Below are positions 42,197 to 57,809 of a stretch of 64,000 bases of DNA, piece after piece. Position 1 is the first letter of the stretch. Each line of letters opens with the position of its first letter. The notes beneath the pieces are model-generated. The model made no database searches. It was not told where the DNA came from and saw only the letters and a program-made list of their open reading frames with translations. The stretch covers positions 207,824,001 through 207,888,000 of the forward strand of contig OZ024743.1 of NCBI GenBank assembly GCA_964016885.1. The letters are read 5' to 3'. This DNA is from Eledone cirrhosa (lineage: Eukaryota). The translations under genes and the position numbers were made by a program.

Positions 42197-42670
42197 TGAT
42201 GATGATGATGATACATATATCTAAAGTCTGTCTTTAGCCAGAAGGCTCATTTGGCCGGTGCTTATCCCGGTTTCATGGCGTGAAGCGACTGAGAGTACAA
42301 GACTCCCCCCTAGATAGGACGCCAGTCCATCGCAGGGTTAAACCTCCAGCTATTGCTGGTTGATCCAGGGCTTTACTACCTCGCTCAGAACGCGAATGTC
42401 GTCATCGGTGTTCAGCTTGGAATAAGCAATATAAAATAAAAATTTCCTAAAAGTAGCCATCTTGTTACGCATAGGCAGATTTTGTTTACTATAGCCTCGA
42501 CAGATGCGTAATGCTTGTTTATAGCAGACATTTGAGCCCTCCAAGACCCTTTTCGGGAACTGCCAATCTGAGTAATCTTTACGGACACGTAACCCTCTTA
42601 TTTTATTTTATTTTATTTTATATTGCTTATTCCATTTTATCTATATCAATATTTTCATTATCTCATCTGA

Positions 42671-42794
42671 CGTTCTGAAGAACTGCTTCATAATATAACT
42701 TAAGTTACATATCTTTCTCTGAACCAGATCAATAACGATCTAATAATCGATTGATCCAAAAACATTATATGGAGTAGTGAAACAATTGTAAACG
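42671..42794 (+). ncRNA. Minimal type I hammerhead ribozyme motif with long loop II
   Basis: CGTT-CTGAAGA-ACTGCTTCATA...TATGGAGTAGT-GAAA-CAATTG-TA-AACG; palindromic stem III. Confidence 0.7.
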
Positions 42795-43124
42795 GACATT
42801 ATTATTAAACTGCAATTAATGTTAACACTCTTTATTCTTTACATTAAACTGCAACTAATGTTGACACTCTTTAACTAACGTCTTCCATGTGAATTTTGTG
42901 GTCTTGATTTGCTTAAACAATGAATATTTCCAGCTCTGTGCACCTAATCTCTGCATGAACCCAGTTCTCTAGCTGCTTCCCACTGCATATTGCACATTGA
43001 GCACATGCCTTTACGCTTTTGGCTTCTAATACCTTCACCAATCTCTCTTTTATCTCCATCTCTCTATTTAAGATTCGTTGACTCTTGAATTGTGTATATA
43101 TTGTATATATGTATATACTCACAT

Positions 43125-43187
<63 letters not shown>

Positions 43188-43498
43188 AAAATATACATAC
43201 ATACACATGCATACGCGTATACGTACACCATACATTATATATATAGATGCGTGTTTGTGTGTGCGGACATTGTAACTTCCCGAACACACACACACACACA
43301 CAGTCACAATACGTATTGTGTGAAAGAGAGAGAGAAAGAGGCGTAAGGTTGAGGAAAGGGGAGAGTTAAACTTTGTGAAGAATAAATAAAAGTTAAAATT
43401 ATCGAACGCTGCTATCATTTTCTCCCCTTCCAATACCCCTAGCTCTCTTTCTTTCTTTCTCAACCCCTGTCTCTCTCTTTTCACATATCCTCTCTCTG

Positions 43499-43580
<82 letters not shown>

Positions 43581-43650
43581 AGTACAATAAAGCAATGCAG
43601 ATATCGGATAAGAAGCACTCTACAGTTTGTAGGACTGGAGTATACATAAT

Positions 43651-45532
<1,882 letters not shown>

Positions 45533-48382
45533 TATATATTGGTTGAAGAGAAAAGGGTTTTTAGGAAGAAAGAGTTGGAAATGCAGACATAACCACGTTG
45601 CAAATATATATCTTTTAAATCATATTTAATTCCATCCATCAAGTTCAAGCTCTCTCTTGCTCAGAGAAAATAGTCCACTTGGAATCCAGAAATAAAACGA
45701 CAATTTCTTTCTCATAAGTCATCCGTTCATTTCAAAATTAAACTCTAGTGAAAAATAAATAAATGAAATAAAAATAATAATAAAAACCCAAAGTTTTCCT
45801 TCAATACCTTTCTCATACAAAACTATCAGGTGTAAATACCAATCTCGCTCTCACAAAAGAATCTGACCTAGAATTGAACTCCAGGAGTAAACACCGATTC
45901 CCTCAAATTATCTTTATCTATGTTTCTTTCTATCTATCTATTTTGATCTATATCTACCTGTCTATCTAGCTCTCTGTCTATCTATTTATTTATTTTGATC
46001 TATATCTACCTAGTTCTCTGTCTATCTATTTATCCAGCTCTATCTACATATCTCGTTTGACATTACTATCTATCAATCTAAACTTCCCCCTTTGTATTTG
46101 TGCCCCTGTGGCTAATAAAGAAACATATCTACATCTTATTTATATAGCGTCCTACCAGCCTACCTTCCACATTATAGAGCAATATATTCGTACATTCAAC
46201 TTTACAAGATACTCTCCCTCACTCTCTTATAAACAAAACAATACATTGTAAAATAAAACACGCCAATACACAGCTAAACAACATAAAAGGAAGGAAGGAA
46301 AAAATAAAAGAAAGTGGATTGCCATTTTTTTTCTATTATCCTGGCGCCGTTGCACAACTTGATAAACGAAGCATGTGAACTAAAACCAATTCAGTGCACA
46401 AAAGTATGTTTATGTGTTTAAAATATTTACATATAGTCATGCTGTGAAGGTAAAGAAAAAGAAGAAAATTTAGGGGAACAAATCGGGGAATCTACGAATC
46501 TACCCCCATGTGGACTGAAAAACAACTTTGATGTTTACTGGTCTTAAAACACGACAGGGTGATAAAATATCTATTTAAGAAATATACTCTGAATTTCGGG
46601 TCCTTTCATGTTTATGTTTCCAAAAGAGAGAGCCGGATTGTCCAGGGTTGATGGGATGAGAGACCCTGTGAGGTACTTACTTGTATGTGAGGTGGTGTTC
46701 ACCCGGGATGGGTTGAGCCGGCTCCATCGAAAGAATTCATGGTGTAAGTTCATTTCAATGGAGTTTCTGCGGGCGATTGGTTTCATAAGCGGTGCCCAGT
46801 TGCAAGTATATGCACTTTAGCATAGGGCAATCCAGGCATTGCATTGGTTATAGCGCCGAGCTCTGGCTTTCACAACCAACAAAATTTGGTGGAGCCAGTG
46901 CCGCGACGGAGACGCATGGGAGGGAGTTTTGCCAGGCAGGGGTAATAGACGTAACCTATTTGAGCCATTTTGTAGGTCAGCAGGAGCTCAAGCATTGACC
47001 CTCGAAAGTAAGAGGTCGATGTTTCATTTGGGATGTCTAGATGCTTCAGTGAAGGTGAGGGACATTACATCAGTAATGGAACGGAATAAACATTCTAAAA
47101 TACCAGTAATTATCGGTAAACTATTCTTGTCACCAATCGTGAAGTTTAGGGGAGCAGGACCGTTGACAACGAGGTTGTTATTGTTGATGGCTCACCTTAC
47201 CGATTGGAGGTGCTTGGTTATTCCAGCGTCTTAGCCATGCTATCAAACTTTTTGAAGTTATCAAACTAATGTTTGTTATCGGCCGCGAAAGGATGGCAGG
47301 CAACGGAACAGCATGCACGTGAAATTAACGTGCAAGTGGCTAAGCATTCCACAGACGCGCGCACCCTTCGAATTACATGTACAACTCATTTTTGCTAGCT
47401 GAGTGGATTGGAGCAACGTGAAATAAAGTGTTTTACTCAAGGACGCAACGCACAGCGGCAATCAAACCCTAGCCACTAGGCTACGCGACTTCTCCCTATA
47501 TATATATGTGTGTCAGGGCCTTCTGAAACTGTGATATATCAATCCGTGTACTTCTTTCTGCTTCGGTAAATGAAGCAATTAAATCTCTTTTACTCTTTGC
47601 TTACAAATAGCTGTACTCAATTTTCATGTGTCGCTGTTGTCTTTATTTTTAAGATATTTGCTCGCTTCGAAATATTTTTATCTGCGTCTCTTGATTAATA
47701 TTTCTCAGTCTGTACTAATCTATATACATAAAACTGAGGATGTGTCTGTGTATGTCCGAAACCACATAACTTCTAGTTTTTCTTCGAATTTGGAACAAAC
47801 ATGCGTTATGTTCCCAGGAGTGTTTTGGACTCATAAAATTTTCAAGTTTTTGTCTAATGCGGCTCCTAGATAAATATTGGTTGGTTGGTTGGTTGCACCA
47901 AAACTACACACACATATACATCTAAAGAGAGAGGAGAGGGAGAAAGAGTGAGATAGGCCGTTATACAGAGAGAGGCACAATATATTCTGAGAGAGAGAAT
48001 GGCGACGAACACTGGTTTACACGCACACACACATATATATATATAGAGAGAGAGAGAATGCTACCATTTCTGTTGGAAGCTCCAATAATTTGTTGAGTGC
48101 TTTATATCAGTTATATATATATATATATATTGTTATACTTGGGGAGGGTCATATTTGTGTAATATTGCCAGAATTAATAACAGAACACACTCACTGTTTG
48201 GTTGGTTTTCGCTTCTCGCTTCTGTGTCATTTATATCGGTAATCTAACTTACTCGGTCCTCAATGTGTGTTCTGTTATTAATTCTGGCAATATTACACAA
48301 ATATGACCCTCCCCAAGTATAACAATATTTGTTTCGACACACAATTTCATATAAAAAACCTCGCAAAACTAATTCATCGCTG

Positions 48383-48419
<37 letters not shown>

Positions 48420-48441
48420 GTATAAAAATCAATACAATATA

Positions 48442-48520
48442 ATTACCTCATTACCAGAGGTTTCCCGAATGAGGCGAATACGAAAGAAACGTCTTCATTC
48501 GTTCGTCAGACGAGGCAATA
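48442..48520 (-). ncRNA. Type I hammerhead ribozyme motif (inverted copy)
   Basis: Minus: TTGCCTCGT-CTGACGA-ACGAATGA..TCATTCGG-GAAA-CCTCTGG-TA-ATGAGGTAA; 9-bp stem I including G-U pairs. Confidence 0.75.
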
Positions 48521-48869
48521 TAAAACATGGGTAAATACTTGGAAAGTCTCATCAAGAAAAGCAAAAAAAATTATATAGACAAATGAATTACAATATGAAA
48601 TATATAAAAATCTTTCAAGAAATATAGTTAGGTGTGTGTATATGTATGTATATACGCTCACAGATGTGCATATATGTGTATGCAAAAATGTATACGTATA
48701 GTGAAAAAGTGTGCGTAAATATATATTTTAGGGCAAATGTATCTGTAAACTATTTGTAAATACTTATCCACAAGTTTTTTTACACCCTGTATCTATGTGT
48801 CTGAACGCCTTAATGTGTGTATACTTTCTATATATGTACACGAGCGCCTACGCATGTGCGCGCGCGTGC

Positions 48870-48905
<36 letters not shown>

Positions 48906-49577
48906 ATGTCTTTATATCCATGTTTTTACATCTAGGTTTTTTGTTTTGTTTCTTTTTTCTTCCTCCCTTTTTTTACATCCTCATTTTTATGCGTGTGCAT
49001 GCAAACAGGTCAATATGCGTGAGTGTAAGTATGTGTGTGTGTGTGTGTACGTATCGAATGTATGGATGTGTAAGTGTGCGTGTGTATATAAGCATGTATA
49101 TTTTTGTGTTTCTTTTGTGAGATATACGTGTGTGTGTATGCGTGTACCTTGTTTGTCTTCTTTTCTTTAATTTTTTCTTTCTAAATTATTGTTCCATTTT
49201 TATAAATATATCGAGATTGATACTTTCCTTTAATTATTACACTCCCTTACCTCTTTTACTTCCGCATATAAGTGTACGTGTGTGTAGGTGTGTTTATGCG
49301 CGTGCCTTCATATTCTTATGATGTATCTATTCTGTCTGTAGTTTACAGATACACAGATACATTTGCCCTAAAATATATATTTACGCACACTTTTTCACTA
49401 TACGTATACATTTTTGCATACACATATATGCACATCTGTGAGCGTATATACATACATATACACACACCTAACTATATTTCTTGAAAGATTTTTATATATT
49501 TCATATTGTAATTCATTTGTCTATATAATTTTTTTTGCTTTTCTTGAGACTTTCCAAGTATTTACCCATGTTTTATA

Positions 49578-49653
49578 TTGCCTCGTCTGACGAACGAATG
49601 AAGACGTTTCTTTCGTATTCGCCTCATTCGGGAAACCTCTGGTAATTAGGTTA
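49578..49653 (+). ncRNA. Type I hammerhead ribozyme motif (stem I partly mutated)
   Basis: CCTCGT-CTGACGA-ACGAATGA..TCATTCGG-GAAA-CCTCTGG-TA-ATTAGG. Confidence 0.65.
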
Positions 49654-49759
49654 ATTATATTGTATTGATTTTTTATACATTAAATTTTGCTCTGGTACTT
49701 ACATAGAGCACTCTTCACTTCTATGACCTTTTCTGTTTTCAACGGAAATCTCAATACTT

Positions 49760-51455
49760 ATATATATATATAAAACTGTGGTTGTCTGTCTGTCTATCGA
49801 TTTTTGGCACACATCTCCTCTTAGAATCTCTGACGGAATTGCACCGAAATTGCTATACTTGTACATTGAGCCCTAGCGAAGACATCGGGAAAAAAATATT
49901 TCAAATTGACCCGCCCTATCTGACGAAATCGAATATAATGTATCGATTTTTGAGCGTAAGTTATCAGTTATTTCCCTTTGTTCTGTTTACATTGAGCGTC
50001 TTACGTAAAAAATTACAATACACGAACAGTTGTCGAGCCAGCAAAATATTGACCTGCAAAATTCATCAGTTCGAACACTAAGCTTCCGTTTTGCTTCATT
50101 TCCATTTAAAAGCATTTTAAAACAATATTTTTACTTGAAAACAAGTCTATTTAAAGACTACGTAAAACAAGCAAATATTTCGTCGTTAGGCGTGCAGACA
50201 GACAGTCGTGCAGAGAGGTGATATAGGCGTGCAGACAGACAGTCGTGCAGAGAGGTGATATAGGCGTGCAGAGAGGTGATATAGGCGTGCAGACAGACAG
50301 TCGTGCAGAGAGGTGATATAGGCGTGCAGACAGACATAACTGATAATTTGGTTACGTTAATGTTTTTCTCTGCGTTGCAGTTTACATTTTCGATCTTTGT
50401 TAATAAATAACCAGTGCAGTTTCTATCCCCAGCATCCTCTTTTGTTACAACATTCGGGTTATCGTTATGTTTTCTTAACTTCATAAGGCATATTGTTGGT
50501 TGAGGGAATATTAATCAAAAACACCACATGCAAGTCTGCACAGTAGACACTACAGTTTTTAAGCCAAAAAAGAAACTTAACATTGTAACTTTAACACAGC
50601 TACTGAGCGACCCCGAGCAACGCCGGGCTTTACTGCTAGTATATAATATATATAATATATATATATCTATATAAAACTGAGGTTGTCTGTCTGTCTACTA
50701 AAACCTTCGGCACACATCTCCTCTTAAACCGTACGTTCAAATTGCTACACTTATAGATGAAGGTCCGGCGGAACCATCGGTCCAAATAAATTTTCAAATA
50801 AGTTCTTGTTTTTGATTATGTCATCTATCTATATATATAAAGCTGTGGTTGTCTGTCTGTCTATCGATTTTTGGCACACATCTCCTCTTAGAATCTCTGA
50901 CGGAATTGCACCGAAATTGCTATACTTGTACATTGAGCCCTAGCGAAGACATCGGGAAAAAAATATTTCAAATTGACCCACCCTATGTGACGAAATCGAA
51001 TCTAATGTATCGATTTTTGAGCGTAAGTGACGAGTTATTTCCCTTTGTTCTGTTTACATTGAGCGTCTTACGTTCTGTTTACATTTTCTGCGTGCAAAAA
51101 TTAAAAAAATTACGCTGGCTTTCTCAGCGTTTAAAATGACATTAACACAATACACGAACAATTGACGAGCCAGCAAAATTCATCAGTTCGAACACTAAGC
51201 TTCCGTTTTGCTTCATTTCCATTTAAAAGCCTTTTAAAACAATATTTTTACTTGAAAACAAGTCTATTTAAAGACTACGTAAACAAGCAAATATTTCGTA
51301 AAAAAAAGCAAAAATTATATAAGTTTATTTAAAATATATGTATCTGTAAATTTCGTTAGGCGTGCAGACAGACTTTAAGCCAAAAAAGAAACTTAACATT
51401 GTAACTTTAACACAGCTACTGAGCGACCCCGAGCAACGCCGGGCTTTCCTGCTAG
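49760..51455 (+). mobile_element. Tandem non-autonomous Helitrons (49760-50639, 5' fragment ~50665-50820, 50824-51455)
   Basis: TATATAAAACTGTGGTTGTCTGTCTGTC 5' ends; 3' hairpin CCCGAGCAACGCCGGG followed by CTAG-T at 50636-50639 and 51452-51455. Confidence 0.8.
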
Positions 51456-52176
51456 TATACAATAAATGTAATCTGAGTTTTTCGAATATTAATTGTTTCT
51501 ACTTTTGGCACAATGCCAGCAATTATCCCAGTCTATTGCTGGTACTTTAGTTTATCGACCCCGTAAGGATGAAAGGCAAAGTTAACCTCGGATCATAAAG
51601 AAAGGTAACTCTATGCTTCAAAGCATAGCGTCCGACCCACTGCCGATACATATATAATAAGAACTGATTAGAGTTTAAGCAAAGAATCGATACTGTCACC
51701 CTTTATAGGAACTTCTGAAACTAAAAAAAAAACAATCTGCGGACGCAGAGGTAAATGTTTCGAAAAACGTTACAACCGAAGGAAAACAGGAAGACGATAC
51801 TTTGGTTCGTGAAGACGTTCCCGGGCAAATAGGGAAAAAAGCTAGGATAATTACGGCCTTATGTGGAGCGTGGAGAACGATTTCTTGCAAAGACAAAAAC
51901 AGGTTTAAGGTATAAATGGAAACGTTAGACTAATATTCTATTTATACGGATACATATACATACACGCACACAAATATACTTATATATATATATACACATA
52001 CATGCATATATATAGACATATATACATACATACCTACACACGAATATACATACAATACACTCATATACATACATATACACACACACATAGATACATACCT
52101 ACACCTACATACGCATGTACATACAATACATTCATATACATATATATACATATATATACATACATACATACATTGA

Positions 52177-52530
52177 AAATGTGTTCTGTTGTGGAGATCA
52201 GCTGCCCACTTGTGTAAACGTTGTCAGAAAAATACAGGAGAAGGAGGACATCTACGGACCATTGGTGAGGAGTTTACAAATCCAATATCCAAGATACACC
52301 TTTAGCTTCATACCCATCATTATTGGAGCTGCGGGTTATATACCAAGCCGCTTGGACCAAAGTATGACTGAACTTGGATTTGCGGACAAAAAGCGCAGCT
52401 CCCTAATTCATAGTCTACAAATGGCTGCGATAGCTGGCACCTTCAAAATTTGCAAAACATTCTTGCAATTCAAGGGATGACAATTTCTTTTCTTTTACAA
52501 CCTTGCCACCAGGAAGGTGGCCGGTAAAAA
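52177..52530 (+). mobile_element. 3' fragment of an R4/Dong-type non-LTR element (restriction-like endonuclease)
   Basis: VVEISCP / NVVRKIQEKEDIYGPLVRSLQIQYP..IPIIIGAAG..GTFKICK; embedded in TA/CATA microsatellite. Confidence 0.8.
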
Positions 52531-52559
52531 AAAATAATACTCGAAATTTAGAGAAAGAG

Positions 52560-52619
52560 ATAACATACATACATGTATGTATATAAATGTATTGTATGTA
52601 TATGCGTATATAGGTATAC

Positions 52620-52652
<33 letters not shown>

Positions 52653-52658
52653 CATACA

Positions 52659-52710
<52 letters not shown>

Positions 52711-52843
52711 CATATATATACATACATATATATACATATATATACATACATATATATACATATATATATACATATATATATGTCAATAAATTCCTTTCAA
52801 CTAAACTGTATCCATTCAAATCTTTCTATATATATACATATAC

Positions 52844-52874
<31 letters not shown>

Positions 52875-53019
52875 CATATACATATATATATATATATATA
52901 TATACATATATATATACTTATATATATATACATATATATATATATATACATATACATATACATATATATATATATATACATATACATATACATACATATA
53001 CATATATATATACATATAC

Positions 53020-53053
<34 letters not shown>

Positions 53054-53515
53054 ATATATATACATACATATACATATACATACATATACATACATATATA
53101 TATACATACATATATATATATACATACATATATATATACATACATATACATATATATATACATACATACATATATATATACATACATATACATATATATA
53201 TACATACATATACATATATATATATATACATACATATATACATACATATACATATATATATACATACATATACATATATATATATATACATACATATACA
53301 TATATATATACATACATATATATATACATACATATACATATATATACATATACATATATATATACATACATATACATATATATATATATACATACATATA
53401 TATATATATATACATACATATATATATATACATACATATATATATATATATACATACATATATATATATACATACATATATATATATATACATACATATA
53501 CATACATATATATAT

Positions 53516-53548
<33 letters not shown>

Positions 53549-53564
53549 CATACATATATATATA

Positions 53565-53648
<84 letters not shown>

Positions 53649-53659
53649 CATACATATAC

Positions 53660-53716
<57 letters not shown>

Positions 53717-53985
53717 CATATACATACATATATATATACATACATATATATATATATACATATACATACATATATATATACATACATATACATATACATA
53801 CATATACATATATATATATACATATACATATACATACATATATATATACATACATATACATATATATACATATACATACATATATATATACATACATATA
53901 CATATATATACATATACATATACATACATATATATATATATACATACATATACATACATATATATATATACATACATATACATAC

Positions 53986-54016
<31 letters not shown>

Positions 54017-54201
54017 CATACATATATATATATATACATACATATACATACATATACATACATATACATACATATGTATATATATATATACATACATACA
54101 TATATATATATACATACATACACATATATATATACATACATATATATATATATATATATACATACATACATATATATATATACATACATACACATATATA
54201 T

Positions 54202-54232
<31 letters not shown>

Positions 54233-54441
54233 CATACATACATATATATATATACATACATACACATATATATATACATACATATATATATATATATATA
54301 TACATACATACATATATATATATACATATATATATACATACATACATATATATATACATATATATATACACATACATATATATATATATATATATACACA
54401 TACATATATATATATATACACATACATATATATATATATAC

Positions 54442-54498
<57 letters not shown>

Positions 54499-55180
54499 CA
54501 TATATATATATATATACATACATATACATACATATATATATTATATACATACATACATATACATACGTATACATATACATATACATACATATACATATAC
54601 ATACATACATATACATATACATACATATACATATACACATATATACATACATATACATATACACATATATATACATACATATACACATATATATATACAT
54701 ACATATACACATATATATATACATACATATACATATATATATATACATACATATACATATATATATATACATACATATACATATATATATATACATACAT
54801 ATACATATATATATATACATACATATACATATATATATATACATACATATATACATACATATACATACATATATATACATACATATACATATATATATAT
54901 ACATACATATACATATATATATATACATACATATACATATATACATACATATACATATATATATATACATACATATACATATATATATATATACATACAT
55001 ATACATATATACATACATATACATATATACATACATATACATATATACATACATATACATATATACATACATATACATATATATATATATACATACATAT
55101 ACATATATACATATACATACATATACATATATACATATACATATATACATATACATATATATATATATATATACATATCC
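52560..55180. repeat. ~2.6-kb compound (TA)n/(CATA)n microsatellite
   Basis: Direct reading. Confidence 0.98.
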
Positions 55181-55718
55181 TCCACTTGTTCCATCAATGG
55201 AACAACCTCCCCATGAAACTTACCCATAACGTCTCAAAGATTCAGCATGACACAATACATAAAACATTCCGTTTGTATTACAGGTACAGTCCATCCGGTG
55301 GGCTTCCAAAAAGTTCCAGAGGTTGTGGTAAATGATACCTGCCCAAGCTTACCACGCAGTGGAGTCGGACCAGGGTTGGATTTAGACCTGGAGGGGAGGG
55401 TGGGCTATAATACACACAAAAAATATAAAATACATACCACCCCGACCCCCAACCAATTTTACATATCAAAGTTAGCTTGGCGCAAGTAATTGGAATTGAA
55501 AAGTTATACATACAGGTATTAAATAAAAAAAATTCCAACCAACCTAAAACTAAAAAGCTCAGCTGAGAACACAAATAAATTTGTATGACTGTCGCTGCTG
55601 GGGCCCCCCACTGCAGGCAATTGCCTCACGACATTAAATAAAATCTACTAAAATGTAACTTTTACCGACATTTCTTCAGAAAATGAAGATCTCAACTTTT
55701 AGATTTGTAAACTCTTAC

Positions 55719-55870
55719 CTTATTTCTTGACTTACTGCTCCGTCTCTCTAGCTCTCCCCCATCTCTCACTATTATATATACAAATGGGGGCCAACGCGTC
55801 GGACAATAGAGAAAGCGTTTCCCCCAGAGGAAGGCGAGGGAGACGCATTGGTAGAGCCATTCCAGCTCGC
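55719..55870 (-). promoter_or_regulatory. Candidate promoter and short non-coding first exon
   Basis: Minus: CCAAT (~55850), TATATATAAT (55780-55771), then donors CA|GTAAGT (55735) and AAG|GTAAGA (55718); locally CpG-rich unique DNA. Confidence 0.4.
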
Positions 55871-56326
55871 GAGGTTTACACCTGCGGGTAGTCAACACCA
55901 CTACTACTACTACTATCAAAACTAGCAAAAGAAATAACGAAACGAAATATAAAATTCCATATTTTATTTACGAAAATTGAATAGAAATTTAGGCTGGTTC
56001 GCACCAATTCGCTGTACATCATCTTCACTCTACGTACGAACTTTTTGTAGAATTTAACGGCCGCCGGATGTAGAATGGTGACCACGATAACCCAGACAAA
56101 TTACAGTAACTATGACATACTGGTGTCGCGAGAGCATGAGGCGAGGCAAAGCAGTGAATTTTCGTCCTTTTCATTTTGATGGAAGTTCAATTTACAAATC
56201 ACGGAACATTCAGGCAGTGGCAGTTTCACTGTGGCTAGTTTACAATCTAAATCAGCTGTGAGAGCCATAAAAGCCATCTTCGTCTGTTCAGCCGCTAACA
56301 CAGCCTGTTGAGTCGTAATAAAGGTC

Positions 56327-56749
56327 TTAGCAGCAACATCTTCCGGGACATCCTGTTATCATGAGCCTACAAGAAGGTATTTTATGTACGTAATAACAGG
56401 GAGTATGACAATGACTATGGCAGCCATGACATCCGTGACAACTCTGACATCCGTGACAACCATGTCCGTGGCAGCAACTGTGGCAGTTTACAGGGAAGTA
56501 GTGAGGAGCGTGTCCGTGGCAGCAATGTCCGTGGCAGCAACTTCCATGTCCGTGGCAGCAATGTCCTTGTTTGTGGCAGTGTGTAGTTCCACAGCAGCTA
56601 CCACATCCGTGGCAGGAGCCGCCGTGACAGTGAACTGAGCCGTGGCAATGTCCATGTCCGTGACAGTGGGCATGTCCATGGCATGAATGATGGCATGGAG
56701 AGTGGATATGCATAAGAATGGAATCGGTTAAACAATCGCAACAACACAT
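56327..56749 (-). CDS. Intronless 140-aa Cys/His/Gly-rich protein (CHG repeats), family unknown; metal-binding or cross-linked structural protein suspected
   Basis: ATG in AAAAGC-ATG context through TAA; ~35 Cys and ~34 His by hand count; GC-rich unique DNA; repeats vary at synonymous positions; candidate AATAAA at 55963-55968 (minus). Confidence 0.8.
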   Translation of the reverse strand: MCCCDCLTDSILMHIHSPCHHSCHGHAHCHGHGHCHGSVHCHGGSCHGCGSCCGTTHCHKQGHCCHGHGSCCHGHCCHGHAPHYFPVNCHSCCHGHGCHGCQSCHGCHGCHSHCHTPCYYVHKIPSCRLMITGCPGRCCC

Positions 56750-57056
56750 GCTTTTGGTACTACTTACAATATGTCAAAATAATAGATATCGTATTTACTT
56801 CTGCGAGTTGATACAACTTTGGTCGGGCAAACTTGAATTTACTTTGACAATCTCCTTTCAGATTGCGAAAGCCTCACCAAAAAGCCTAATAGCCTAAAGT
56901 TGTTAAACGAAAGAGGATACCGCTTGATACGTGTCCACCTAAGTTGGCTTTCTACTTGATTTTAAAGTTTTTTTTTTACAAAGATTACGAAATAGATCAT
57001 TATGACGTCATAAACCACAACATTACACTTTTATATCGTTATAAAAATTGTTCTTG

Positions 57057-57245
57057 GATTGGCAGAATCGGTAGAGCGTCTGACATCATGCTTTGTAGTA
57101 TAGAGTTACATCCCTTTGCGTTCTGAGTTCAAATCCCGCCGAGGTTAGCTTTGCTTTTCATCCTCACTGAGTCGATAAAATAAAATACTAGCCTTTCTCC
57201 GGCTCCCCCAAAATGTTGGTCTTCTGCTTAAATCAGAAACCATTA
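57057..57245 (+). mobile_element. SINE family A, well-preserved copy
   Basis: GGATTGGCAGAATCGGTAGAGC A-box head, GAGTTCAAATCC B-box, core motif. Confidence 0.88.
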
Positions 57246-57809
57246 TTCCCAGTTGTGTAAATAACATTACAAATATTCACAAAGTTGGTTTTAAAAGCCA
57301 TTGATGATTACAGAAATACGAGAAAGATAAAAGCAAAATTAAGTAATGAAGATAGGGGGCAGGAGAAAGAAGGGCAGATATGGCTGAATAGGAAAGTAGA
57401 CGAAAGGATTATAAATACCACGAGGGGAAAAGTAAGAGCGTTAGAGCCACTGAAGAAAAAGGAAGAGAGGGGGGGGGGGGCGATGATAGGCTCTTTTACT
57501 GATGATTTCTAACAGAAAACACTGCGGTCTTGCTGGAGCACCGCTTTGATTTAGTCGATTAAATCGACCCCGAACACAGTAATTACTTTTTCGATCGAGT
57601 ATGGTACTTATTTCATCGCTCTCTTTGTTTTTGTCGAATTGCTAGGTTAAGGGACAAACACAGAGAAGGACGAGCAGAAACATCTCAATGTGAGTCCACA
57701 GGTGAAACTCCAGAGTAACTAGACTCATCATTTATAATAGGGAACATTATTAAGCTCTATTTTGGTATTGAGCACTCATTCTCACTTCAGTCAACATCAC
57801 ACGGATTTC

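Larger units (their letters stand above)
48417..49757 (+). mobile_element. Non-coding PLE-like remnant with ~340-bp inverted arms (48417-48752 / 49339-49682), each carrying a hammerhead
   Basis: Arms are near-perfect reverse complements; hammerhead core present in both. Confidence 0.7.

Noticed and set aside
56384-56679. Alternative frames of the Cys/His gene (AATDI- and SVAAM-type repeats)
   Set aside because: Shorter by-products of the CHG codon repeats; the Cys/His frame spans the whole GC-rich block with a clean start and stop
57057-57140. tRNA gene
   Set aside because: A/B-box-like motifs only; no cloverleaf; continues into a multi-copy SINE body
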